A stretch of 64,000 bases of DNA from Ruminococcus sp. (GTDB lineage Bacteria; Bacillota; Clostridia; Oscillospirales; Ruminococcaceae): contig JAGAOV010000015.1 of assembly GCA_017623515.1 (NCBI GenBank), positions 471 to 64,470 on the forward strand, given 5' to 3'. Below the pieces are notes generated by a model that was not told the origin of the DNA, searched no databases, and was given only the letters and a program-made list of their open reading frames with translations. The translations under genes were made by a program, and so were the position numbers. Shown in pieces: positions 1 to 9,355 of the stretch. Position 1 is the stretch's first letter. Each line of letters begins with the position of its first letter.

Positions 1-750
1 CAATACAGTAATTCACAGGATACGGCTGAAGAAAATACCGAAAACGAATCTCAGGAGCAGCTGGATCAGGCGGATATAATAAAACAGACGGGCAGCGTCC
101 GTTCTCAGAACGCAAAGCACCTCATACACTGCCTTAATATCATCGGACAGATAGAAGGTCATGACATTCTCCCGTCACAGACAAAAACAACTAAATATGA
201 GCATATCTTACCGGCTCTGGTTGCCATTGAACAGGACAGAAGCATTGAGGGACTCCTCATTATCCTGAATACCGTAGGCGGAGATGTGGAGGCAGGTCTT
301 GCTATAGCTGAAATGATCGCAGGCATGAAAACTCCCACAGTTTCACTTGTAGTAGGCGGAGGTCACTCTATCGGCGTTCCTCTCGCTGTAAGCGCAAAGC
401 TTTCGATGATAGTTCCTTCTGCGTCTATGACTCTTCATCCTGTACGCACAAACGGCATGGTTCTTGGCGTGCCTCAGAGCATGGAGTACCTGCGCCAGAT
501 AGAAAAACGCATTACAGGCTTCATCACCTCTCACAGCAATATTTCTGAAGAAAATCTTACGGAGCTTATGCATAATACTCAGGCTCTTACTACTGACCTA
601 GGTACTATCATTAACGGAACAGAAGCCTCAGAAATCGGTCTCATTGATGAAACCGGTTCTCTCCATGATGCACTCGAACGGCTCTACTCAATGATAGAAA
701 ATACAGATATGCGCTATCCCGACAATCTAAATCAAGACTCAGGCTTTTAA
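1..750 (+). CDS. tepA: ClpP-like translocation-enhancing protein TepA (5'-truncated by window edge)
   Basis: Frame 1 is open from base 1 (…IHCLNIIGQIEGH…TTKYEHILPALVAIEQ…LNTVGGDVEAGLAIAE…GGHSIGVP); lies upstream of ftsK/spoIIIE as in Bacillus and Clostridia. Confidence 0.85.
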   Translation, partial: QYSNSQDTAEENTENESQEQLDQADIIKQTGSVRSQNAKHLIHCLNIIGQIEGHDILPSQTKTTKYEHILPALVAIEQDRSIEGLLIILNTVGGDVEAGLAIAEMIAGMKTPTVSLVVGGGHSIGVPLAVSAKLSMIVPSASMTLHPVRTNGMVLGVPQSMEYLRQIEKRITGFITSHSNISEENLTELMHNTQALTTDLGTIINGTEASEIGLIDETGSLHDALERLYSMIENTDMRYPDNLNQDSGF

Positions 751-756
751 GACTGC

Positions 757-830
757 ACCGCATAAAGCCTGTGCGTCAGATGCAAAACAGCATATGACGT
801 ACAGAGCCGTCAGGCGGTATTTGTGCGGTA
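757..830. repeat. Hairpin-forming intergenic element; its 3' 41 bp recur inverted at 63905-63945
   Basis: ACCGCATAAA…TTTGTGCGGT outer stem with GCCTG/CAGGC and GCGTCA/TGACGT inner stems; 790-830 matches the reverse complement of 63905-63945 at 37/41. Confidence 0.7.
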
Positions 831-855
831 CGGCATTAAGCAGAAAGGAAAAATC

Positions 856-3459
856 GTGGCTAAGAAAAAAAATGACGAAGAAAAGAAGGAGAAAGCTTCT
901 CCGAAAGACGCTGCTGCAAAGGCTCTCGATAAACTGAAAAAACGTGGACTTGCAAAAAAAAGCAAGGAGGAATCGCAGGTGCCTGATAAATTTCGGGCTG
1001 CCGCACTGTTTCTGATAATGGTGCTGTTCCTCATGATAGTATTCGTTGAAGGCAATTCCGGCTGGAAACTCCTCCACAATATACTGCGTGGATTTTTCGG
1101 CGTAACCACACTGCTGATCCCTATTTTAATAGGAATGGCTGCATGGCGTGCTGACTCTGATAAGGAAGACGCTATTCAGGCTACTCCAAAATGGAGCATC
1201 ATAATAACTATAATTATTGCAGGTGCAATTCAGGTTCTTTTTAACGGAGACATCGGCGAAAAAAATATCTTCCAGTACATAAAGTACCTTTATGAAGACG
1301 GTGTGGACAATACTTTCGGAAGCGGCGGTGTTGTAAGCGTGATACTTGCATACCCACTCATTACATTTCTCGGAACTACCGGCGCACGCATCGTTATCAT
1401 ACTCCTTATACTCACTCTTATGTTCTGGGTTTCAAAGAAAAGTCCAAGAGACCTTATCTACATGATGACGCATCCGTTCGGCGGCAATGAGGATGACGAG
1501 GAAACAGCCGAAGAAAATGCAGAGCCTGACGTTCCTATGGACTATGTAAACGGCGACGCTCCTGCTGCCGGCAAACGTACTCCTCTCAGAAAAAGAATCA
1601 GAAGCTTCTTCTCCTCATCAAATCCTGAAGATAACATTGATGATACAGGTGCTGCCGCACAGGAGCTTGCTCCATCAGCAGAAGAAGCTCCCATTGAAGA
1701 AGAACCTGCCGCTGCCGATCCGGATTTTGAGGAAAACCCTTATGAAGGTCTTCATCCTGACTATATGCCCGTTGAAGAACCGGCAGAGGAAAGCGAAACC
1801 TCAAATCCCAACACACTCGACGCTATAATACACAGCCCTCAGCCTGTTGAAGTTATACAGCCTGATGAAATGAGCGTTGAAGGCATACTCAGAACACCAT
1901 ACGGTCTTCCTGTTGCAGAAGAAGAAGAAACGGTTCAGCCTGTTGAGATACCGCTTCCGGAGCTTCCAAGTGCTGCTTATATGCTTCCGCCTACAAACTA
2001 CCTGAAAAAGGGTACTACTCATGTAAATGATGAATCAGTCAAGAGCGAACAAAATGAAACATATGACCGCCTTATAAACACTCTCGGCAGCTTTAATGTA
2101 ACCGTTGAAAAGACTGAAAACGGCATAAACCGTGGCCCTGCTGTTACACGATACGAAGTAAAGCCAGCTCCCGGTGTAAAGGTTTCAAAAATAACAAACC
2201 TTGCTGATGACATTGCACTTAATCTCGCTGCAAGCGGAGTAAGAATTGAAGCTCCCATTCCGGGCAAGGCTGCTATCGGCATTGAAGTTCCCAATACAAC
2301 CAAGGACACTGTTGCTCTCCGTGATATTCTGGAAAGCAGGGAATTCATGAACTCAAAGAGTAAGCTTACCTTTGCTGTCGGCAAGGATATTGCAGGCAGT
2401 GCGATAGTAGGCGATGTTGCAAAAATGCCGCATATGATCATTGCCGGCTCAACCGGTTCTGGTAAGTCTGTATGCACAAACTCCATTATCATGAGTATTC
2501 TCATGAATGCTTCTCCTGATGAAGTTAAAATGATCCTTATTGACCCGAAGATAGTTGAATTCAGAGTATACGAGGGCATACCTCACCTGCTTATCCCTGT
2601 AGTCACCGATCCTAAAAAGGCTGCTGGTGCGCTTAACTGGGCAGTTCAGGAAATGCTCCGCAGATATAAGCTTTTCGCTGACAGCAATGTGCGTGACATC
2701 TACGATTTCAACGAAAAGGCTTCATTCCCCGGCTATGACCTCGAAAGACTTCCTCAGATCGTAATTGCTATAGACGAGCTTGCTGACCTTATGATGGCAG
2801 CCTCCAAGGAGGTTGAAGACTCTATATGCCGCCTTGCTCAGATGGCTCGTGCAGCCGGTATGCACCTCATTATTGCTACACAGCGACCTACAACTGACAT
2901 CATCACTGGTCTTATCAAGGCAAATATCCCAAGCCGTATCGCACTTTCCGTTATGTCGCAGATAGACTCAAGAACTATTCTTGATATGACAGGTGCGGAA
3001 AAGCTCCTCGGACACGGCGATATGCTCTATCTCCCCAATGGTATGCCAAAGCCTATACGTGTTCAGGGCTGCTATACCTCAACAAGCGAGATCGAAAAGG
3101 TCGTTGAGTATATCAAGAATCAGTCTGAAAGCACATATGATCCTGAAATCATTGCACAGGTCGAACAGAGCATTCCCGTTACAAAGGGCGACAGATCCTC
3201 TCACAGCTCCGACGGCTCATCCGATGCTGGAAACGATGCCGAACTCATTGAACAGGCTATTGATTTTGTGGTTCAGATGGGACAGGCTTCAACCTCCTCT
3301 CTCCAGAGAAGACTCAAGCTCGGCTATGCAAGAGCTGCACGTATTATGGATGAGCTTGAAAAAATGGGCGTTATCGGGCCGTCTGAGGGTGCAAAGCCGA
3401 GACGTGTTCTCCTTACACCTCAGGAAAATGCCGAACGAAAGAATTATAATTTGAAATAA
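856..3459 (+). CDS. ftsK: DNA translocase FtsK/SpoIIIE
   Basis: N-terminal TM helices, acidic linker, Walker A GSTGSGKS, IDELADLM, ATQRP, gamma domain SSLQRRLKLGYARAARI; GTG start after AGAAAGGA. Confidence 0.95.
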   Translation: MAKKKNDEEKKEKASPKDAAAKALDKLKKRGLAKKSKEESQVPDKFRAAALFLIMVLFLMIVFVEGNSGWKLLHNILRGFFGVTTLLIPILIGMAAWRADSDKEDAIQATPKWSIIITIIIAGAIQVLFNGDIGEKNIFQYIKYLYEDGVDNTFGSGGVVSVILAYPLITFLGTTGARIVIILLILTLMFWVSKKSPRDLIYMMTHPFGGNEDDEETAEENAEPDVPMDYVNGDAPAAGKRTPLRKRIRSFFSSSNPEDNIDDTGAAAQELAPSAEEAPIEEEPAAADPDFEENPYEGLHPDYMPVEEPAEESETSNPNTLDAIIHSPQPVEVIQPDEMSVEGILRTPYGLPVAEEEETVQPVEIPLPELPSAAYMLPPTNYLKKGTTHVNDESVKSEQNETYDRLINTLGSFNVTVEKTENGINRGPAVTRYEVKPAPGVKVSKITNLADDIALNLAASGVRIEAPIPGKAAIGIEVPNTTKDTVALRDILESREFMNSKSKLTFAVGKDIAGSAIVGDVAKMPHMIIAGSTGSGKSVCTNSIIMSILMNASPDEVKMILIDPKIVEFRVYEGIPHLLIPVVTDPKKAAGALNWAVQEMLRRYKLFADSNVRDIYDFNEKASFPGYDLERLPQIVIAIDELADLMMAASKEVEDSICRLAQMARAAGMHLIIATQRPTTDIITGLIKANIPSRIALSVMSQIDSRTILDMTGAEKLLGHGDMLYLPNGMPKPIRVQGCYTSTSEIEKVVEYIKNQSESTYDPEIIAQVEQSIPVTKGDRSSHSSDGSSDAGNDAELIEQAIDFVVQMGQASTSSLQRRLKLGYARAARIMDELEKMGVIGPSEGAKPRRVLLTPQENAERKNYNLK

Positions 3460-3485
3460 ATTTTTTCAGGGTGTCCATACGTTTT

Positions 3486-3504
3486 CAATCCCCTCAGTCA
3501 GCTT
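3486..3504. repeat. Remnant of REP/REPIN arm
   Basis: CAATCCCCTCAGTCAGCTT is identical to the arm sequence at 12037-12055 and 17040-17058. Confidence 0.65.
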
Positions 3505-3575
3505 GTACGATGTGATGTGCACATAAATTTGAAAACCAAGATCAAATCAATTATACTCAGAAAGGAGTATACAGA

Positions 3576-5546
3576 ATGGACGGATTTCTTCCCGTTACCT
3601 ATGAGGAAATGAAACAGGCAGGCATTGACCAGCCGGATTTTGTATATATTACCGGCGACGCTTACGTTGATCATCCAAGCTTCGGTGCGGCTATCGTATC
3701 ACGCCTTATCGAATCGCTCGGATTCACTATCTGTATGCTCCCTCAGCCCGACTGGAAAAGTACAAAGGATTTCATGCGCTTCGGAAAGCCAAAGCTTGCT
3801 TTCCTCGTTACAGGCGGTAATATCGACTCTATGGTTGCACATTATACCGCTGCAAAAAGAATAAGAAGTGATGATATGTACTCACCCGGCGGCAAGGCTG
3901 GAAAAAGACCTGACCGTGCGGTTACAGTTTATTGCAGGAAAATCCGTGAAGCCTATCCTGATGCTGCAATCGCAATCGGCGGTCTGGAGGCTTCCCTAAG
4001 ACGCTTTGCCCATTACGACTACTGGGATGACGCTGTTCATCCGTCCGTACTCGACGCAAGCGGTGCAGACCTTCTTATGTACGGCATGGGTGAGCATCAG
4101 ATAACAGAGCTTTGCACCCGTCTCGGTGCAGGTGAGCATATCTCACAGCTGCGGGATATACGTGGTACATGCTATATGTGCACCCCCTCAGAAACTCCGT
4201 GGGGTGCAGTGCAGTGTCCCGATTTCGCACAGGTTTGCGCCGACAAAAAGGCTTACGCAAAGGCTACAAGACAGCAGTATGATCAGCAGGACGAGGTTTA
4301 CGGCAAAACCGTAATTCAGCGTCATGGAAATAAAATGCTGGTGCAGAATCCTCCGGCTCTGTCTCTTACTCAGGAAGAGCTTGACAAGGTTTACCGCCTG
4401 CCCTTTACAAGAAAGGTTCATCCCATGTATGACAAAGACGGCGGCGTTCCGGGTATTGCAGAGGTGCAGTTCTCTATCGCTCACAACAGAGGCTGCTTCG
4501 GCTACTGCAATTTCTGCTCCATCGCTCTTCATCAGGGCAGACGTGTTACCTGCCGCAGTGAAGAGTCTGTCATAGAAGAAGCTAAGAAAATCACAGAAAT
4601 GGAAAATTTCAAGGGCTACATCCACGATGTCGGCGGCCCGACTGCCAACTTCCGTCATCCATCCTGCGAAAAGCAGATGAACGCCGGTATGTGCAAGGGA
4701 AAAAAATGCCTTGCACCCACTCCATGCCCTGCACTTAAAGCAGACCATACAGAATATCTCCGTATGCTCCGCAAGCTCCGTGCGCTGCCTAAGGTAAAGC
4801 GTGTATTCATAAGAAGCGGTATCCGCTTTGACTACCTTCTCGCAGACGAGGACGAAAGCTTCTTCAAGGAGCTGGTCAAGGAGCATGTAAGCGGTCAGCT
4901 TAAAGTCGCTCCCGAACATTGCAGCAATGTCGTTCTCGACAAAATGGGCAAGCCCCATATCGAAACCTATAACCGTTTCCAGAAGCGTTTCTACGAAATT
5001 ACAAAAAGCATAGGCAAGGAACAATACCTTGTACCCTACCTTATGTCATCACATCCGGGCAGCACTCTTAAAGAGGCAATAAGCCTTGCACTCTATCTCC
5101 GTGACAACAAGATACATCCGGAACAAGTTCAGGACTTCTACCCTACGCCCGGCACTATTTCTACCTGCATGTACTACACAGAGCTTGATCCCTATACTAT
5201 GGAGCCGGTCTATGTTCCAAAAACTCCAAAGGATAAGGCTATGCAGCGTGCACTCCTTCAGTACTTCAAGCCGGAAAACCGTGCATTGGTTCTGGAGGCT
5301 CTCAGACGTGCAGGAAGACATGATCTTATCGGAACAGGGGCTGGATGCCTTGCTGCTCCGGATACACAGAACACAAATCAAAAAAGCAAAGGAGGAACAG
5401 AAAAATGGACGAAGCAATCAAAAAAGGTCTCGAAGCCGCAAAAGCGATCCACGAAGCCGCTGAAAAATCAGCCGGCGGCAAAGGCGGCAAAAACAAACGC
5501 AAAAAAAACAACGGCAAAAAGAAAATGCCCGAAGCAAGGGTTATGA
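3576..5546 (+). CDS. ygiQ: YgiQ (UPF0313) radical SAM protein
   Basis: GDAYVDHPSFG N-terminus, CFGYCNFC radical SAM motif, QVQDFYPTP. Confidence 0.9.
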   Translation: MDGFLPVTYEEMKQAGIDQPDFVYITGDAYVDHPSFGAAIVSRLIESLGFTICMLPQPDWKSTKDFMRFGKPKLAFLVTGGNIDSMVAHYTAAKRIRSDDMYSPGGKAGKRPDRAVTVYCRKIREAYPDAAIAIGGLEASLRRFAHYDYWDDAVHPSVLDASGADLLMYGMGEHQITELCTRLGAGEHISQLRDIRGTCYMCTPSETPWGAVQCPDFAQVCADKKAYAKATRQQYDQQDEVYGKTVIQRHGNKMLVQNPPALSLTQEELDKVYRLPFTRKVHPMYDKDGGVPGIAEVQFSIAHNRGCFGYCNFCSIALHQGRRVTCRSEESVIEEAKKITEMENFKGYIHDVGGPTANFRHPSCEKQMNAGMCKGKKCLAPTPCPALKADHTEYLRMLRKLRALPKVKRVFIRSGIRFDYLLADEDESFFKELVKEHVSGQLKVAPEHCSNVVLDKMGKPHIETYNRFQKRFYEITKSIGKEQYLVPYLMSSHPGSTLKEAISLALYLRDNKIHPEQVQDFYPTPGTISTCMYYTELDPYTMEPVYVPKTPKDKAMQRALLQYFKPENRALVLEALRRAGRHDLIGTGAGCLAAPDTQNTNQKSKGGTEKWTKQSKKVSKPQKRSTKPLKNQPAAKAAKTNAKKTTAKRKCPKQGL

Positions 5547-6448
5547 TAGTCGGTGCATGTATCGTTATCGTAGTTGCATTTCTGTATCGTGCCTCCGGAT
5601 GCTACATGGAGACTATTGAGGAAAATGAAAATGAGGAGGTCGTTGACAACGGTATAACTACCGTTCACTTCCTTGATGTAGGTCAGGGAGACAGTATCCT
5701 TATCTGCGGTACTGAAAAGAACATCCTCATTGATGCCGGAGAAAGAGATCAGGGCGAAGTTGTTATTGCTGATATAAAGGAGCTTGGCGTTGATACTATC
5801 GACTGCATTATCGCTACTCACCCTCATTCCGACCATATAGGCGGTTTGCCGGATGTATTGCAGTATGCAGCAGAAAATGATGACCTCGAAGTAAAGCAGG
5901 TAATTATGCCTGATATTCCCGAAAGTGATATTCCCACCACTGCAATATTTACAAAGCTGCTTGACGGTATCGAAGCAAATGACCTGTCTGTTACATTCGC
6001 TGAATATGAAATGACTATTGACACTGGCAGCAGTATCCTTACCATATATCCGCCTGCTGAGGGCAAGAACTACAGCTCACTCAATGACTATTCCGTATGC
6101 GCTCACCTTGACTGCGGAGATACATCCTTCTTCTTTACAGGAGATATGGAGTTTCCTGAAGAAGAAGACCTTCTTGAAGGAGGTTACTTAGACGGCGTTA
6201 CTGCAACTGTACTTAAAGCCGGACATCACGGCAGCGATACATCTTCATCAAAGGAATTCCTAAACCAGATAAAACCGCAGTATGTGGTTATTTCCTGCGG
6301 TGCAGGAAACAGCTACGGTCATCCCAATAAGGACGCTCTCACACGTTTTAAAAAGCATACCAATGAGATATACCGTACCGATCTTGAAGGTACTATCACA
6401 TGTACCACTGACGGCAGAAATCTTGCATGGACTATGGAAGGCAGATAA
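5405..6448 (+). CDS. ComEC/Rec2-type metallo-beta-lactamase-fold hydrolase, membrane-anchored
   Basis: HFLDVGQGDS, THPHSDHIGG, FTGD, GHHGS, YGHP, YRTD motifs; ATG after GGAGG; one N-terminal TM segment. Confidence 0.85.
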   Translation: MDEAIKKGLEAAKAIHEAAEKSAGGKGGKNKRKKNNGKKKMPEARVMIVGACIVIVVAFLYRASGCYMETIEENENEEVVDNGITTVHFLDVGQGDSILICGTEKNILIDAGERDQGEVVIADIKELGVDTIDCIIATHPHSDHIGGLPDVLQYAAENDDLEVKQVIMPDIPESDIPTTAIFTKLLDGIEANDLSVTFAEYEMTIDTGSSILTIYPPAEGKNYSSLNDYSVCAHLDCGDTSFFFTGDMEFPEEEDLLEGGYLDGVTATVLKAGHHGSDTSSSKEFLNQIKPQYVVISCGAGNSYGHPNKDALTRFKKHTNEIYRTDLEGTITCTTDGRNLAWTMEGR

Positions 6449-6450
6449 AC

Positions 6451-6669
6451 ATGTTCTACAGTATTGATAGATTTGAAAGCGAATTGGCAGTTCTCATTGC
6501 TGATGATGATTGCAGTCAGACTGCCGTTCCAAGAGAATATATCCCTCCGGACGCAGAGGAGGGCAGTATACTCCGTTATGAAAACGGACAGTATATTTAT
6601 GATGCTGAGGAAACGGCATCACGAAGAAATGCTGTTCTTGAACGTCTGAAAAGAATGAGTAACAGGTGA
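6451..6669 (+). CDS. DUF3006 family protein
   Basis: SIDRFESELAVL…IPPDAEEGSIL pattern; usual position after the ComEC-like MBL gene. Confidence 0.75.
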   Translation: MFYSIDRFESELAVLIADDDCSQTAVPREYIPPDAEEGSILRYENGQYIYDAEETASRRNAVLERLKRMSNR

Positions 6670-6676
6670 GGCTCAT

Positions 6677-7930
6677 ATGGAAGCAGAACACAGGAATATT
6701 ATTATTATAGGCGGCGGAGCAGCAGGAGCATTTGCGGCTCTCACTGCCGCTGAAAACGGCGGAAAATGCCTTATACTTGAAAAGAATGAGCATATCGGCA
6801 GAAAGCTCCGCATAACCGGAAAAGGCAGATGCAATCTCACAAATAACTGCGATACAGATACCCTTATTTCAAAAATTCCCAGAAACGGACGCTTTCTCTA
6901 CAGTGCATTCGCAAAATGCTCTCCTCTGGATGTTATGGAACGTTTCGAGACTATGGGCGTTCCGCTGAAAACAGAACGTGGAAACCGTGTGTTTCCGGTA
7001 AGCGATAAGGCGGAGGATATATGCAGTGCACTGAAAAATGCTCTGAAAAAAACAGGGATACCTGTAATAAGGGCAAGAGTAAAAAAACTGCTCATTGAAA
7101 ACGGCAGATGTACAGGTGCAGTTACCGCAGACGGTAAAATTTATCGTGCCGAAAAAGTACTCCTCGCCACAGGCGGCGTATCCTATCCCGTAACAGGCTC
7201 AACCGGCGACGGCTATGAATTTGCAAAACAGGCAGGTCACACTATCATTGAACCTGTTCCCTCTCTCGTTCCTCTTGAAACAAAAGAGAATTGGTGCGCA
7301 GAAGCCGCAGGGCTTACTCTTAAAAATGTAAGGCTCACCATCTTTGAGAAAAACAAGCGCAGATATGACGATCAGGGTGAGGTCATGCTTATGGCATACG
7401 GCATTTCAGGGCCGCTTACTCTCAGTGCAAGCGCAGTTCTCAAAGAGCCGTCCAAGGAACAGTATACGGCTTTCATTGACATGAAACCGGCTCTCACAGA
7501 ACAGCAGCTTGACGCAAGAATACTCCGTGAATTCAATGACTCTAAAAACGGTATTCTGGGCAATATCCTGAGAAAACTCATGCCGCCGCAGCTTATCGCT
7601 CCTGTATGCAGCATTTCAGGCGTTCAGCCGGATCTGCGCATAAGCGTTCTCACCAAGGAACAACGCTCAGCTATTGTGAAAACCATAAAGGCTATGCCGC
7701 TTCATATAACAGGAACACGTTCCATTGATGAGGCGATAATCACAAGAGGCGGTGTTTCCGTTAAGGAGATAAACGCTAAAACTATGGAATCAAAAATATG
7801 CTCCGGTCTCTATTTCGCCGGTGAGATAATCGACGCTGACGGCTACACCGGCGGCTTCAATCTGCAAATTGCATTCTCAACCGCTTACTGCGCTGGAATT
7901 TCCATGACACAGGCGGACGACACAAATTAA
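6677..7930 (+). CDS. HI0933/BaiN-like flavoprotein
   Basis: GGGAAG, GRKLRITGKGRCNLTN, ATGGVSYP, TGGFNLQIAF. Confidence 0.9.
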   Translation: MEAEHRNIIIIGGGAAGAFAALTAAENGGKCLILEKNEHIGRKLRITGKGRCNLTNNCDTDTLISKIPRNGRFLYSAFAKCSPLDVMERFETMGVPLKTERGNRVFPVSDKAEDICSALKNALKKTGIPVIRARVKKLLIENGRCTGAVTADGKIYRAEKVLLATGGVSYPVTGSTGDGYEFAKQAGHTIIEPVPSLVPLETKENWCAEAAGLTLKNVRLTIFEKNKRRYDDQGEVMLMAYGISGPLTLSASAVLKEPSKEQYTAFIDMKPALTEQQLDARILREFNDSKNGILGNILRKLMPPQLIAPVCSISGVQPDLRISVLTKEQRSAIVKTIKAMPLHITGTRSIDEAIITRGGVSVKEINAKTMESKICSGLYFAGEIIDADGYTGGFNLQIAFSTAYCAGISMTQADDTN

Positions 7931-7949
7931 ACTTCTAAAGGAGAAACAC

Positions 7950-8624
7950 ATGAAAACTACAAACATCGCTATTGACGGGCCCGCCGGTGCCGGCAAAAGC
8001 AGCATCGCAAAAGAGATTTCCTCAGAGCTTGGATTTATCTACGTTGATACCGGCGCACTCTACCGTACAGTTGCCCTCTTCGCTCAGGAAAACTGCCCCG
8101 ATTCAGACAACGAGCTTCTTGAACGCCTTGATGAGATCGACATTGACCTCAGCTTCATCGGCGGCACTCAGCGTATTTCTCTGAACGGTGAAGACGTTAC
8201 AGACGATATTCGTACTCCGGAAATCTCAATGGGTGCATCAAGAGTTTCTGCTATACCAGAGATAAGAGAATTTCTCTTTGACCTCCAGCAGAGGATCGCA
8301 CGTGAACATGATGTTATTATGGACGGAAGAGATATTGGCACGGTTGTTCTCCCAGACGCAGACCTGAAAATATTCCTCACCGCTTCCGCTGACGAACGTG
8401 CAAGCAGACGTTATCTTGAACTCAAGGAAAAGGCTGACTGCCCTACATTTGAGGAAATAAAAGCTGACATTATAAAGCGTGACTACAACGATTCCCACCG
8501 TGCCGTCGCTCCGCTTAAACAGGCTGATGACGCTGTTCTCATTGATACAACTGACATGGGTTTCCATGAGGTTTGCGAGGAGATACTCGACCTCATTAAA
8601 GAACGTCTCGACATCGAAGTATAA
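7950..8624 (+). CDS. cmk: Cytidylate kinase
   Basis: IAIDGPAGAGKS, DTGALYR, DGRDIGT. Confidence 0.95.
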   Translation: MKTTNIAIDGPAGAGKSSIAKEISSELGFIYVDTGALYRTVALFAQENCPDSDNELLERLDEIDIDLSFIGGTQRISLNGEDVTDDIRTPEISMGASRVSAIPEIREFLFDLQQRIAREHDVIMDGRDIGTVVLPDADLKIFLTASADERASRRYLELKEKADCPTFEEIKADIIKRDYNDSHRAVAPLKQADDAVLIDTTDMGFHEVCEEILDLIKERLDIEV

Positions 8625-8636
8625 GGAGTGATCGTC

Positions 8637-9353
8637 ATGAGGTATTATATTGTATGGTTCTTCTACCATGTTGCCTACTGGCTGGTGCGTATTGCGCTTT
8701 TTCCAGTCTACAGCATACGCTTTGAAGGACGTGAAAACCGTCCCAAAACCAAGTCAGCTATCTTTGCCTCAAACCATCGAAGCTATCTCGATCCGGTTCT
8801 TGTGGCAATGGCTGCACCTCATCCGTTCAATTACATAGCTAAAGAATCCCTTTTCAAAACACCAGGCTTCTCTCACCTTATCCGTTTTATGGGCGCATTT
8901 CCTGCGTCCTCTTCCACTGACCCGAACTATGACATGCTCGCTGAGGCAACTCGCCGTCTCAAAAATAAACGCTACATGACTATCTTCCCTGAAGGCACAC
9001 GCCACACAGACGGCAAAGTAGGCAAAGGCAAAACCGGCATGTGCGTTCTCTCAGCAAAAAGCGGTATGCCCATCGTTCCTGTGGGTATCATATTCGATTC
9101 CAATAATCTGCATTTCCGCAGCAGGATATGTGTTCGTATGGGCAAGCCTTTCTATCCGGAGGACTATGGTATTACACCTGACTCAAATCCTCTTCAGATG
9201 AAACAGATGAAGGATGACGTTATGGCTTCTATAAAGAGCATGGTAGAGGAAAATCCACCCTTTGAAATTATCCATGACGAACCCAAACATAAATCCTCCA
9301 GAGAAAAAGCAAGGGAAGCAAGAGATAAAGAAAAAGCTGCCAAGGAGAACTAA
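8637..9353 (+). CDS. plsC: 1-acyl-sn-glycerol-3-phosphate acyltransferase
   Basis: NHRSYLD and FPEGTR motifs; cmk-plsC-ispH synteny. Confidence 0.9.
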   Translation: MRYYIVWFFYHVAYWLVRIALFPVYSIRFEGRENRPKTKSAIFASNHRSYLDPVLVAMAAPHPFNYIAKESLFKTPGFSHLIRFMGAFPASSSTDPNYDMLAEATRRLKNKRYMTIFPEGTRHTDGKVGKGKTGMCVLSAKSGMPIVPVGIIFDSNNLHFRSRICVRMGKPFYPEDYGITPDSNPLQMKQMKDDVMASIKSMVEENPPFEIIHDEPKHKSSREKAREARDKEKAAKEN

Positions 9354-9355
9354 AT

